From: Yuukianura sp. NJ FZ-2021 | Lineage: Eukaryota | Assembly: GCA_046563655.1 (NCBI GenBank) | Contig: CM102290.1 | Coordinates: forward strand, 7,440,001 to 7,504,000 | Direction: 5' to 3' | DNA length: 64,000 nucleotides | Position numbers and translations under genes: made by a program | Shown: piece by piece, positions 24,501 to 39,300 of the stretch | Layout: each line of letters opens with the position of its first letter | Numbering within the stretch: position 1 is the stretch's first letter | Notes under the pieces: model-generated | What the model was told of the DNA's origin: nothing | Database searches by the model: none | Seen by the model: the letters and a program-made list of their open reading frames with translations, nothing else

Positions 24501-27375
24501 GGAAATCAAAATTCAGAAAAAGTCAACATTTGAATTTTGGCGACAAGTCTAAGTGAATTGAAAAAAAAACTGAGAATCGAATTTGGTTTTTTGAAGACGT
24601 ATGAAATTACGCAGAGAATTTTTTTTTATACTTACGTGAGCAATGGAATCCGTTTCCAGTGTATCCCTCTTTGCAGCGGGGACAACTGTAGGAACCTTTA
24701 GTGTTTTCACAAATGGCATTGGGATGACACTGATTTGACCCGCCCGGGGCACACTCATCTTCGTCTTCACATGTGAATTGGTCAAGTCTCTTGAATCCTG
24801 CTACGCATGAGCAAATGTAGCTCCCAGGCGTGTTAACACACACTGTACTTTTGGGGTTGCAATGATTTCGATTTTCGGGAAGGCACTCGTCAATGTCCTC
24901 GCAAGAGGACTTTCCATCCCCAACGAAACCGGCGTTGCAGTGACACATAAACGTTGTCTGCAGATTAACGCAGGTTGCATTGGCATGACACTTGTCGGCA
25001 TGACTAGCACAATAGTCGGTTCCTGATAGTGAGGATCACATAAGAATTAAACGTAATCCCCATGCGCAGAGTCATTGGAGTTAGTGAATTGTGGAACTTA
25101 CCTGGACAAATTTTGCAGCATTCCTCAGGAATGCTGATTTGTTCAGAAGGTGGACAGGAGAGGGTGGGGCAGGATGTAATGGGTTCCATGGGATTGCACT
25201 TTAGGGATCCATCTTCACATCTACATTTTCTGGAATAGTAGGCTTGTCCAGCACATTCTCGGAAAGTTACTTCACCCTCGTCGTACCAGACTTTGTTTCG
25301 ATAGCACTCTAAATAATGTAAAAAATTTAAGTGTAAAATTTAACTTTAACTTTTGAAAAATTCATAGTTAAACTGGTATTGAAGAATTACTTTGGCACTT
25401 CGGACAGCACTCTCCTACTCTTTGGGTTGGATTTTGACATGGATCTAATGGACACTGAACACGTCGACACTCAACTTCACCTTTCTAAAATTAAAAACAA
25501 ACTCGAAATTCTAAATTTCTATTTTGATTTAGCAAGTTCACTAAAAATTTTGAAACTCACATGACATGTACAGTTTTCACAGTTTTGGTTCCATTTTGTT
25601 CCGTCAGGGACGATGTGAGTATCGTTTATTCTACAAGGTTTGTTGCATTCGCACTCCTCGACTTCATTTAGTCTTGCCTCCGCTTTACTCAACTGAATTT
25701 TCCAAAATTCTTAAAAATTTTTTTCTAAACTTTATGATTTGAAAATGAAAATCAAAATGGCTTACCCGATCTGCAAGAATTTGGAACTGGGACTGGAGTG
25801 CCGCAAAGGAGACTTTCAGCATTGTGTAATCGCTGCAAGTCGGGCAAGTGGAGTCCATTTGTGGACATTGTGACAAGTAACCATGGGGTCCAAAAGTAAG
25901 CCTAAGGTCCTGCATTGCTCCCTGTTGGATTTCAAAAAAATTCAAAATTTCTCCTAAATATTATCGAAAATTGCAGAAAACTGCAAATTTGATAGTCAAG
26001 TGACATGTTTTTTTATGTTGGCTGACGTTCTACTCCATATAACTAACCTGGTACAAGAAGTGAGAGGTGGTTTTCTGGCCTATCCAGAGTGACATGTTTC
26101 TGGCGCTGAAGATGGCCGTGGCCGGGTCAAATCTTAGTACGCGCCTATACAAAAGATGACAATCGACTAGGATCTCTACTTGGGAGGCTGAGAAGGAAAT
26201 GGCGAGGCGATGCCAACTTCCGTCTGCCAAACGAAATGGGAATGTTTCCACCAGAGACCCAGAAATCACGCGCAGTTCATTCTTCCGACCGCTGGACTGA
26301 ATTTCTAGAGCACTGAACAATTCATAACCAAAAATATAGCAACTTGTACCCAAATGTCACTTCAATGTCAACAACTCACCTGGATAACCCTCTGGAGAAT
26401 GCAAGGAGAGTTCCAACATTATTAGGACTTTGCTTAACTATTGCTGAGATCGTGAACTCATTTGCACCGATTTCACTGAATTTCCCACGGACTCTCTCGG
26501 CCCAATCCCCAGAGACCATTGTTTGCCTCACTTCACCTACAATAAAGTGGAAGTAAAGAATTTACTTGGATAAGTAAATAATATGATAAATTTATAAAGT
26601 TTTGATTAGTAATTAAAATATTTAAGTTGTTTCATAATTTATGTTTCCTGCAAATCAGAAACTACACGTTATAACCTTGCCCCTTTCAGTTTTTGTCACT
26701 TTGCCAAAAAAAATTAGTGTAAATTATGAACCAAAAGATTAGCCAATTTTTAAAAAAAATACACAAAATCGTTAGTGTTTTTGAATCATAAATTTGGTAC
26801 AATTCACGTCAAACAACATTGAGTAAATATCAAAAACGTTTGAGGTAAATAACCTTTTCAAATATTTACGGCTGTTTGTGTCTGGACTCTTTTTTTTTTG
26901 TATTCGAGAGAAAGTTTAATAAAGTTGAAAAGTTTTTGGAACAATTTGAGTCCAACACTTTACGAGTTCAAAAAAGAATTAGCGTCAGTCGTCTGAGGTC
27001 ATTGAGCCCATGTTCCCAAAAGGTTTTAAAAATTTTAAAAATGAAAAATTTCGTTTTAAAAATCTTACCTGTGAAAATAACCCCTGGACTTAGCGTGTGA
27101 ATCCCCATGCCAAGGGTTATTCCTGAGTAGGTACTATTGTGCAGATGAAGACTGTCAAAGAGATCCAACTGGACAAAGTCTGGACCGCCAACTGGAACAG
27201 AAACAAACACTTAGGTTAGTGCATGATGACCTTTGACCTTGACCTAGCCTATTCTTCTCCTGGACAAAAATTCTGTTAAAATACCGGTGAGTGAGAGCAT
27301 AGAGATGGACATGATGACAAAGAGGGAGACTCTGATGGACGGAGATGACAAAGAGACCAAGTAGCAGAATGACAT
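21578..27375 (-). CDS. NELL: NELL1/2-like secreted protein (signal peptide, TSPN/LamG, coiled coil, VWC and EGF repeats), proximal-promoter isoform
   Basis: MSFCYLVSLSSPSIRVSLFVIMSISMLSLT|VGGPDFVQLDLF, LEIQSSGRKNELR, FPFRLADGSWHRLA, GAMQDLRLTFGPHGYLSQCPQMDSTCPTC, Ca-EGF repeats (DIDEC..., DEDEC...), VWC motifs (CWKMDCPPLNCPNPVLPPGDCC). Last exon DGQLCCTYDYDC...REL* at 21667-21578. Confidence 0.9.
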
Positions 27376-30300
27376 AGTTAGATGAGGCACGCCGGTGGTA
27401 CATAGTATTACAATAGTAATAATTAAGTGTTAATTAATTATTAATTGTAGTCACTTAACACCTCATGGTCACACGAGTGTCACTCATTCACTATTTTCCA
27501 AAAGATCCACTCTCTTCAACCCTACCGCTTCAACTGATGGGAAAATGAGTGTCTAATGAACATTTTGCTAATTTGCTGAATCCGTACTGCTCAAAATATG
27601 ACTCAAATTCCTTCAGTTCTGTAACGTTATGTGAACTCAACAAAAATCCAACTGCTCAAAATGGAATATGCTTCACATACTGCTCCTAGGAAGACGCTTC
27701 TTTTGCAACTAAACATTAACCACGCCAATCAAATTAGCAACTTCTCCTAACCTAACTAACCTAAACAGCTTTGTGCTAAACTCCTTGGCCAAATTTGGCC
27801 ATTCCAATTCTACTCCTGATCAATCCTTGGACAAAGTTAGTTCCAAAATTGCACTTTTAACACTTTGGGAAGTGATTACCTCCCCCCTTACAACCTTGTT
27901 ACTAAAACACACCCATCACCCAGATTGGGTTTTACGTAGGATTCTTTTACGATGATGAGTCGTTTTAGTTTGCAAACTGTATCAGTTGCAAAAATAGGAA
28001 ATACGAAATAAGTTTTGTGTCGGTGGGTTCAAAGCTCAGAGAAGGTTAGGCAATACTGGACGTCCAATTTCCGTGGAGTCAATATTTGCAAAGATCATTT
28101 TTTTGAGTATGGATGATGGATATGCCAAAAAATTGTTGAAAAATCTATAAGATTAGAAGTGATGATTCACAGGGTTTTCTATTCCCTCAAAAATAAAAAG
28201 GAACGTTACCGTCTGTTTGTGTACCGACAAATGATTATGTGAGGAAAGTAAATCTTGCATGGACTGATAACAGATTTTAGAACAAGATCAGTCTAGCGAG
28301 GATGGAACGGGGCTTTTTTTTTAAAAAAAAAACTAATTTAGAACAAAGGTGTCAAAAGTTTAATCAACTCATTTCCTGTAATATTTCCAAATGTTTTGTA
28401 ATAAATCAAGGGTAAATGGCCATTTGGAACATTATTTTCAGACAAAAACAATGCTAAACAGTATAAGATACTGAAAAAAAAAATTAAACTTACAAAAAAA
28501 AAGTGCATTGAAAATTAAAAAAAAATATTGAAAGCGCTACATTGATAAATTGAAAAATAATTCTGTAAAATTCTAACAACAAAAGAGTTTTTTTTTGTGT
28601 ATTTTCCAAAAAACGTTGACCTTGCTCAAAGTAGCTAATTGCCAAAAAGCAAATTCTGAATTAGATAAACCTGTACTTTAGAAATTTGTTGATGGTTTCG
28701 CTCACTGTGTAATTAACTAGAATTTAATGAAACTGCGCACATTTAGTCCTTAATTGTTCCGTTGCATCGTACGATACTTTCTACTAGGAAATAAAACTAT
28801 TGTTCTTTCTGCAATAGCTGTTGAATGACTTTGTTACAACTTTTTAGCAGAGAGGAGCAAAGACGATTTAAACATCTACAAATCGTCTTTCAAATTTTGT
28901 CGTTATTTAACTCCCATTGAACCAGAATTTGCAAACCGAAGCATCTTTTTTTCATTTTTACACTTTCATTCATTTTAATTACCGTTGATTTCAAAAATTG
29001 AAGCTCAAAGATCGTGACCTTTGACTCCCATTTAGTTTCATGATTACAATTTGAAATTAATTATATCAAAATTAAAATTTCCAAATACTGATTTGAAACT
29101 GATTGTACGTTGGAGAACCGGCAAAGTGAAGCCACGTGGTTGAACCTTATGCCAATAGGAAGATTCCTTTGAATTGTTTATTTGTATTCCTCGGAATAAG
29201 AACTGTGTAGCAGTTTGAAATGTGAGGTGACGACTGAGCATTTGCAAAACTTACGACGACATGACCCATGGCACGTTTCTTCAGCCTTTCTCAAAATCCT
29301 TGAACAATTGTTTACACTAACTTTGGAAGGAGGGTATAATAAATAGTAGTTAAGGGGGTTAACTCCGAGTTCAGTAAAGAAACAGTAAAGTCTCAGTAGA
29401 CTTCTGGATTCTGCCAATGCGTAAAATGTATGGTCTCGGATCGGAACACTTTTTGGCACAAGCTCCGCCTTACTTATGCTTGACCAAAGTGGCTGAAACA
29501 AGAAACAGACTGAAAGTACCTTGTAACTCAAGGTTTTGGCCACAACAGATCCCCTGTCATCATCCATATAAAAATTAAATGGCTTTACTTCAAACATCAA
29601 CTTTCGAATTTTTCAACACACAGTATTGCAAATTTAAACATTCAAATTTTTAGGCCGAATTTTCATTAATTACAATCTTTTCATTTATTTTAAAATGAAA
29701 AGATAGTACTGTATAAAGTCCAATATTTTCTTAAAATTAAGCATCAAATTTCAGTGTATTGAAATCGAGCAAACTTTGAAATTTAGGCCGCTATCCCCAC
29801 CAGAGTTATAATTGAACACGTTAATTCGAAAATGCAATCTTACCACTTTTCCTGAGAACGACTTAAGACGCAATTTTCAACAAATTAGCGATGCTTTGCA
29901 AATTTCTTCTTTTTTTGCATCATTGATACATAGACTGTGGGAACCAATAGGACTAACGTCGAAATCAGGAGAAGCATTTATGTTATTAAGTGCTTCAAGA
30001 AATTTTTAAACAAGATTACGTTTTACGAGTGAAGAAGATAGTGAAGTGCGAGTTTTGCTGAAAAAGAAGATTCGAGAGATTCAAACTTTCATAGGCGTGT
30101 TTCTTAGGTTCGAAATTCAGTTTGGGCAAAGTTCCAATTGGCAAATGCCGTTGATTTGACACAAGGAATCGGAAGAGTGAAATTGAATTTGTGAGAATCC
30201 TGATTGTTAATTTGGTGGAGCAGAAGGTATAGTGGCAGTACTAGGTGAATTTGATGGTAATGAAACGATGGAACTGACAGTCTTAAAGACTAGTAGCATC

Positions 30301-33300
30301 CGAGTTCTGAAATAGAAAAAAAGCCCCAAAATCACGGAATCTATGTTTTATTTCTAGACGGTTAGCTTGATTCCGTTTGATCCATCGCTCAAAGTCTTGC
30401 TTCATCGTTTCTTATACACTGTTACATCCGTTTCTTATGAGATATACTCTTACAACTTGACATGATTCCTGGAACCAGTTAGTTTTCAAACCAAAGTCCG
30501 GAAGTAATTGGATTGACACCAACAATTGCCAAAGTGAGGCCAGAGAATCATGATTTTTAGGCAGATACTAGAATTACTCAGAAAACGGGGATGAGTAACC
30601 AAAGTTCTCATGAAAAATTCAATGAAAATTATTATTGCCAACTACGAAATATTTTGAAATCATCCTGCCTCAAGAAAATTTTCCTAGAAAACACCGCTTT
30701 CAAACTGGCGTTTGCTCAACATTTTTTTTGAAAAACATTTAACCTAAAACTAGAAATTTTGAAAAACTTCGGAAACTTTTTACTCATGCAGGTAAAAAAA
30801 AATTTAAAAGCTAGCTGAAGAATTTTTATTTCAAAGGGTGTAAAAATTGAAGCGCCTTTTTTTTAAGGAGAGGGATTGGGTAACCTAACTTTTTTTTTCT
30901 AGAAAAAAGGAAAGTCATGTTTTTATTTAAAAAAAACGTCTGGGTCTATAATCTATTCGTTTTGGTTTGCGGTTGTAAGTGTGTGACGGCAAGAATGAAG
31001 AAATTTAAAAAGTCTAAGAATAAACTGAAGAAAACTTTTCTCAAATGTCGACTTCCAAAAGGAATTCTCCAGAGACAACTTTTATTTCCCTAAACAACGC
31101 ACGGGAGCGAGAGGAGCAGCGACATCGGAAGCGACGACGCTTCAACTCGACACTTTCGTCTCCCCAAAATGTTATTAATCTTACGACCAACACCTACATC
31201 ATCCCGCACTCTGATTCAAATCCCTGTTTACTTTTCCCACTTTAAATGGTCTCAAAAGACACTGCGAGACATCATAAATAAAACATAAATCTACACCAAA
31301 CCAAAACTTATTTCAAACTTTTTTTTGTCCTTCCCTTGGTCTTAGGAAGTAAGTAAGCCAAAAAAAAATGAAAATACGTTCTTCCTTTGCCTCTATGCAT
31401 CAAAATCTGAAATAAAAATAAGTCTATCATCTCTACGAGAGAACGTGTCAGCGATTTCAGTTTTCATAGTCCCTCATGACCCATGAGGACCGTCATCGCT
31501 CTGCAGCCACAAAAACTTTTTTCTGTTTTTTTTTTCAAAACTAAAGGCGGACAATAATGTCTCCCAAAAGTTGGTGAGAATTAGTTCAAGTTGACAAGAA
31601 TATCGTTTTGGGCCTCCATAACTTTTGTTTCAAAAGTCAAATTTTTAAAAAGAAAGTTTTTTAATTAAAAGAAGCTCTCTCCTTGCTCATTTTGATGCGA
31701 AGAGCATCTGGGTTTGACAGATGAGATGAATTTTTTTTTTGCCAAACCCAAATAATTAAACAGCAAGCATGAAAAACTTCTTGTACTTTCACCACTTTAT
31801 TTTCAAAATTAAGTTAAATCTAAATTTTCAGTATCAAATTCTAATTACTAAGCAAATTTTTTTTATACTTGATTCATGACTTGTATTTTTAAGTTGAAAC
31901 TTTACGTGAATAAAAAACCGACAAAAGTTGAATTTGTGTGCCCCCATTGTTCATCTTTGTGTCTTTGTCTACGTCCCCTATTTTTGCTCTTGAGTGATTT
32001 TGAATTTCGTTTTGTAGAGAAGAAGAAAAGTAAAAGTGTAATTGAATTGTGTGGTTCCGCGTATTATTTGTCTGTGTGGTCTCCTCTGTTCCAAAAGACT
32101 AAGATGGAAGATGGAAGGGGTTAAAGGCTCGTGCCCCCATATAATGTGAGGAAACCCCCATCTTCCGAAGCAGCCTCCACTTGATCTCCAATTTCAAATT
32201 GGACCAGAAGATGATCTGAGTTAGGTTTTCGGGTGGGGTATCATGATCATGAGGCATCGGAACTGAGCACTCAACGAACCGGAAGAGAAAGCATCCCACA
32301 CTTCATTACCTTTCACGCATCGATTCTTCCCATAGAATCAAATGCCTAGCTTTCTCCTCCTGATTTTCACAAATCATAAGAATTGTAGAGTTCGAAACAA
32401 ATTTTAGGGATAAGGGTTAAGGAATTCCTCAGCGTTTTGAAAAACTCGAAAAAAAAAGAGAAAGCGCGTTTAGGCCCATAAACCCCTCGCATTTTAAGTT
32501 TATTTCGAAACTCAAATACATTTTCCAAAGACTTTCCTGTTTGCATGAGCCTGTTCCAAAACAAACCAATTTTGAAATTTTTGAGGGGAAGTTTGAAAAC
32601 AAAAGTGTAGGAATTGGATTCATTTTTTGAGAACTTTGTTAGGAAAGGGAGTTTGTTCTTTAAGTTTTCAAATTGTTGGGTTCTACAACGATGTTTAGAA
32701 TAAGAAATCATGTTTTTCATTTGTTTTTACCAGAAAGGTTGGACTTGTTTAAGCAGCGATGAAACTAATTTAAACAGAACATTCAAATGACTTTCACCGA
32801 ATCCAAAAGCTTCACCGTCTTTAGCATTGCGACGGGAAAAGGAGTGGACAGGTCAGAATGAACATCACCCGCCTCCATTCCCATGCTTAAACTGTTTAGC
32901 CAACGTAGGTTTCAGTTTGGTTCACTACCTACTAAATAATTCAATAGTGCCCTCTGCTACCCAAACTTCTAACCTCCAGTTCCAATTATTTGGTCAATAT
33001 TCTTAAGCTACGACCAATCACAGTTGTGGAATTCCTTTCTATTCAAAATTTTGTTAAAAAAGAGAAATGTTTTAATTTCTGGAACAAAAAGTTGATCTGA
33101 TGTAATAAACTGGCATTCTTCACAAGAACACTTCGACACTTTAGCTTTTCCTGTCTTTTCTTTTCCTTTTGTATTCATTTCATTTACGTGTAAGTTTTGA
33201 AACAAAAAAAAAGTATAAAACAATATTTATTTTTAGTTTTTCGGAAACTTGGATATGTATCAGGAGCCTTTATCGAATGTCAACAACTCTGGCTCAATCA

Positions 33301-36271
33301 TCACACATGTGAAATTACTTAGTAATTTCATCAATAATCAATTCCGATTTCCAGGAACTGTTCACTGCACACTTGCTGACTCATGCGCACCTCTTAAGCA
33401 TTTAGACAGAATAATCTTGTCCATTCCCACGAACGAAAAAAAAATGAGAAAAGTGTTAAACAGTTTTTCTTGTGAATTTCTTTTTTTTTTTAGAACTCCA
33501 TTTGTCATAGCCAAAGTGCGCCATTTCCTTTCAGCAGAAGAAAAGAAAAGTTTTAAAGAAATCCAATTTAAATGTTAAATTTTCAAAGACGGATTCAACA
33601 ACTTTTATTTTTTGGGTGTCCAAAAATTGTTAGCAATAGACAAAGTTCCGTTAAAATGTTGTCATTATAGTCTCTGTTCAAACAAAAAGTCCAGGAGAAT
33701 GTATTTTGCAAAATTGAAAATATGTATTATCATATTTTATGTGCTCGAGTAAATATACAACGTTTTGAAAATATAACTTACGAAAATTGAAAACTATTTT
33801 GAAAATTGAGTCACTTGAGCTAGTACTTTCATATACTTAGAAATGTTTAGAAGGTAAATTCTTTAAAAGTTGTTTACATAGTTCCATATGCAAGGACAAG
33901 GACAAAATACTTTGAAAAATGGCTAGCTTAAAAATGGTTATTCACTAAACTCAGTTGCAAAAATACGAAGTCCACTTTCTTTTTTGATTGTTGAAAAATG
34001 TTATAATTCCCGATAATTATTTAATTGTTTCTTGAAATTACAATTGGATTGCTTTTTTTCTCGAAGAATGTTTTGATTTTTGAAATCGATTTTCTTTTGT
34101 TCATACAATTCAAAACCAGCACGCCAAATTGAAATTTTGGAAAACACGCCGTTCGTCTTTCAAAGTTTTGCAGTTATTTCATGGTCGTTTTACTATTGTT
34201 CATTGTCGTCAAAATTTCGAATCCTTGTTATACATATATTTCTAGAATCGAATTTATTAACTTTTAAATTATAGAAAGTAAGAAAACTACGAACTGGAAA
34301 ATCTGTTGCAGGTTTAGTATAGACAGAATCTTTACCAAAAATACTTTGGACCACAGTTTGTATCCTATTAAATCCCATTGCCTAACTTGTGAGATATTCA
34401 TTTTCCCCAAGATTTGACACGAGGGAGGGAGCTGGAAATACTAAAATACTATGGACCCAGTGCTGTAGTTTTGTTCATAATGTAAATTTGGAAGAAGTTG
34501 AATGCCATTTGAAAGGTTGTTGGGGAGACGCCGGGCACAACTTTTCTGTTTTTCTGCTTATACACTACGTTTTTCCCTGCCCTGCTGCCGAACAGTTTTA
34601 CAATAAGAGGACTTTCCTGACTCACCTGTCCACGTTTTTTTTACCTTTGACAATCAACTATTTTTATTGTCTCTAGTAGAATCTAGAAGGTAGAACTAGA
34701 AAAGCCGTACTTAGGAACCAAATCTAAATCAAGCTTTAATTTCCCTCCCCTCCTACTTTCATTATTTTCCAATTCAGACGCCATTTGCACAAGGATTACA
34801 TCAGTATTACCCCTTCAATCTCCTACTCATCCCCTGTCAAGTCAAAACCAAATTTACTCACAGATTGGAAATATTAAGGTCAAATCATGCTATTGGCAGT
34901 GCTATTATTCTCAGTTGACCAGAACTGAGTTACTACCTTCGAGGTCAGGTATAATTGTGATATTTGAGTCATAATTACAATGTATATTTGGGTTAAACCG
35001 AAGTCTGCTCAGAATGAAATGACCTCCGGACTTAAGCTCATTTGAGCTCCACTCAGGAGAAAGTCAATAAGAAGGTTTCGTCACTTCAGGCAGCCAGGAA
35101 TAGTAAAACCAGAAAAAAGAAAGAAGCAAAGACTTGTGATTCCAAGAAATGTTTTGGGCAAATGACGTTGAAGGGCGACTACATACTGCATGGGGAAGGA
35201 CTTTCATTGGAAAAATACTTTCACTCCCTCATTTGACTTTCAGTTTCTTTCCAAATGCACCTTCATACATATAAAATGCATATGTAATAACTCCCCTCTG
35301 TTTGCCAAAGACGACGAAGAATGCGTCATGGATTTACTACAAATAAGACTGAAGGAGGGTGCTAAACAATTGGTTTAGTTTTGAACGTGTCTGTTTTCAA
35401 ATGGATTTGGTCCTATCACCTGCTACCACCTTCAGTAACAACTACGTGCATAATAATCATAGTAGACAGAAACGTGTCACCGACAATGCCGAGTAACGTA
35501 ATACTATTGATACGACTTGCGTTGTAAAGCCACAATCTCACAAATCGAACTAACAATCCTTATCCCATCATACAGATACATTTTCAAAACAAGGTACTGA
35601 AAGAGTTAGCATTCAAAATTTTTAATTTTTGAAACATCTAGACACGTAATAGCAATGTCTTTTATGTCAATCATGCTCGTCTTATCAAAGGCGCAAGACT
35701 TTTACTAAGATTAGAACCAGCAGCAAATAACGGAATCCAATTTTTGGAAAAACAATTTGACAATTCTAAAAACGCCTCCCTGAAAAAGTACACAAAAACT
35801 TCAACGGATTTGGACAGATTCGACTTAGGATAGTAAAGTAAAGAAATTAAAAATTTTGAAGCTTTCAAAAATTTCTGTTCCTGACTAAAGATTTGAACTG
35901 GAATGATTCGTGGGAAAAGTGGAAATGCACGTTTTAATATTTTAAAACCGTGTGCCTGGGAACAGGGCAGGTGGTGTAGGTTCTCTTTATAACTAATGCA
36001 AAGTGCAGGAAGCCAGAATGGCCAGAGTTAAGTTAGGCCACACTACAACTGGGAACAGACTTTCTACTATTGACGACACTTTCGCACGGAAGACACTTTC
36101 CCTTGTGTCTCTCCCGCTCTTTACGCTAAAACAAATTAACAATTAACAGAGATTAATGCAACTGGGAGACATGGAACGCTACGACGACTGACGTTTCATC
36201 GCCGGAGGTCATTGACACCATCAGTTTGAATTTTTAAAATTTGAAATCTAGGAATGTAAAAATTAGCTTAC

Positions 36272-36338
36272 CTGTAAAAGTTGTGTATCCGGAAGAGCCA
36301 AAGAGACACTGCAAAAGAACTAGAGCGATGCAGAACAT
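36272..36338 (-). CDS. NELL: Putative alternative first coding exon (signal peptide) of the NELL gene
   Basis: ATG...MFCIALVLLQCLFGSSGYTTFT followed by a strong donor CAG|GTAAGC in phase 1, the phase required by NELL exon 2. Confidence 0.65.
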
Positions 36339-39300
36339 GTTGTAGAGAGATAGAATTGGCGTGGCTGGGCAGATGCGGTACGCTCAAAAGTCCCACCGCA
36401 CCAAGTCATATAAACATAATCAATCCCTTTTTAAAGTCAGTTTCCTTTCTTGTTTTTTGACTTTTTAAAAACCAAATTTGCACAACAGAGAAATTTTACG
36501 GAGAAACTTTCTCTTCTTATTTGATTTGTATCTGTTCAAAGTAGCGTCCCTTTGCAACTGCTCCCGGCTTTCTTCTGCTGCTGATGACAAATAAGGAGAG
36601 ATGATTTGCCGTTGTTTGAACAGAGGGAACAAAACTGGATCTGACTATAAGTTGAGCCATGGTTGAAAGTTGTAGCTTTTAAGAAGTTAATTACTAAAGT
36701 TTAAACTTTGTTGACTTGTGGTTAGACTATAAATGGACTAGACTTTGAGTCAGTTTTCACTTCAGAAGGTGTTGACTACATGCACAGGCTTCAATTTACA
36801 CAATTTAAATACACAAAGTTCTAAAAAGTTTGAATTTTCACCAAACAAAATTATTTTAACTTTATTTTGAAAAGTTCACCTAAGCCAATTGTGTCCACAA
36901 CCGATTTGAAGGAAATCCACTTCAGAGTGGATACGTTCTCTCTTTTCTTTTTGCAAAACTCCACTTTCAGTTGGAAACGACTTTCTCTTCAAAAGAAAGC
37001 AAGAAAAAAGAAACCGAGAAGCACAAGCACACAGTCGCAATTTGAAGGAGAAAGTCACGACCAGTCCAGCAGCAAAAGTTGGTCTGGCTTTGCTTCAAAT
37101 CTTCAAGGCGGAGACTTTTGCTTTCTACAAAACCTCCTTTTGACTACAACTGGGTCAATCTCGATCGAACTGAATTTGTTTCATTTGAACCCCAAAAGTT
37201 CTAAGATTTTGGTGACTTAAGGGATAGGCTGGCGATGGAGCCCAGCTTTCTCCTCAACTTTCACTCCTTTTTTAGTTTCTTAGAAAATTCGCTGGTCCTC
37301 TCCTGGGACTTGAGACCCCTTGGCTCTGTTTCATGACTGCGGAAGATTTCACTACTTGCTTCCGTGGCGTCCCAGTCACTTCTGTAAGGACTCTGGAATC
37401 TTCAAAACTGTTTTGCCGCTACAAGAAAGTAAGTTTCGTTTTTAAGGCTAGGTTAGGTGCTGACCGCAGACTACGAAGTCACCGGAAACACAGCGGAGAG
37501 GAACGTGGCAGTGCCTCGATGCCACCACTACTCACTGACTGAACGAACCTTCCGTCCGAACCGAGTCTCCCTTGCACTTCTTTTTGGTTTGATCTAAACT
37601 ACTGTACTGCCTTACCTGCGCCCAGTCTTTTGCGCCGCCCAAAAAAACCAACTCAACGAAACCCCCACTTACGAGTTACGAGGACTCAAAAAGTTGGAGC
37701 TCCAGGGACACTCAGCAGTTGGACTTGGACAGACGATTTCGCTTGGGCCATCCATCGTCGCCGCGGCGACCTTCAGCACTGCGGATCTTCAGCTTAAGTT
37801 TAAATGCACTTGCTGTTGCCCTTGAAAAATTGTGGAGTCTCAAGGATGACGGAAGCGTACTGCCTAAACCTAAATTTTTGAATTCTATCTATACTTATAT
37901 AGGAATTTGAGGAAATATTTGTCACAAAATCCAAACTGTTTCTTTGTTTAAATGGGAAAATACCGGAAAAAATTTTGAAACTAAAGTTTCAAATTTTCAA
38001 ACTAAGAAAGTTTTTCACTTTAAGTTTTTAATTTCCGTCTCATTCACAAGTGAGACTAGATCGATCAATAGTCTATACTGATGCATAAAACATAAATGGC
38101 AGGTTGAAAGCCTGACAACACAAGATTCGATAACGTGTCATTTAGTTTGTATGAAAGACACAATAAAAAACACATTAAAGATTCGGTTCTTTCTTCTTCT
38201 TTTTTTTTCTAAAAAGGAAGAAACAGGAAGAGACTGCGGAGTTCGTTGAAACCAAAATAGGTTTTTATTTACTATTAGAAATTGTCAGCTTTAAATTTAC
38301 TAAAGTTGGGTTTAAAAGCTATGAGAAATCGCAGTTTTAATTTTATTTGGCGGGAAAACTATAAGCAATAGGTTCTTTTTGTCAAATCAACGTTAACACA
38401 AATCACTAACGTCAAAATCATCTTTACGCCAGTCCCTTAGTCCATATTGAATTACTTTTTCTCGTAGTAAGTTTTTTTTTCAGAATTTCTAAATTTGAAA
38501 AATTAAGCTGTTTTTATAGTGAGTGCCAAATCGAAAGTCTCCGCCTCCATCTTTCGAGATGGGTTTGTCTCGCCACTTAAAAAAATGGCCACCACGCTCG
38601 GAGTAGAACGACTTGTTTCTTTAAAAAAAATACTAAATGTCTAGCCTGTTGGAATTATGTAGTTTTATGCACTTATACATTTAAAAGAGGCTTAAATCAA
38701 AATCTGAATTTATAAGAGCAATATTTTGAATGAGGTCGCTTCATAGAATAAACAATAAATTTTCAAAAAATATAATTTTAGGTGATGTAAAGCTTTATAG
38801 GTACTTTGGTGACTTATACGCTAATCGATTTACACTATTGTCTCTCCTTTAAAACTTGTTAATTTAAGTAAAAAAAAAGTTTTTTCAATTTTTTTTGGCG
38901 TTAGCCAAGAAGTTTTAATTATGCGAGACAAGTCCCAGCTTTAGTGCAAACTTAGAACTTTTTGTGGAGATTTTATCTCTTCGAATACTGATGATGTTAT
39001 GGGCGTGCTAACTTCGAAAAACCCGAAAATTTTCCAGACGATTACTCTACAGTTGGAGATTGTCAAGAAGATCCTAACATACACAAGATCCCAAGAGAAA
39101 GAGTTATTTTTGTTTTCTCCGTTGTTTCTTCCGACGTCTTCTTCAACAAATCTTTCCAAAGATCCTTATATCTTCCTTGGCGTCATTTTTCACACTTGAA
39201 GACACTCCTATATCCACTTCCCAAAGATCTCTTACACAATCCACTCAAATCCCGTACTACACTTCTACTTAGCCATTACGATTTTGCAACTTAAGAACCT

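Noticed and set aside
27155..27403. ORF MYHRRASSNY... as the NELL N-terminus
   Set aside because: It reaches the donor in phase 2, incompatible with exon 2. The ATG at 27375 gives the right phase, so 27403 is at most an overlapping uATG.
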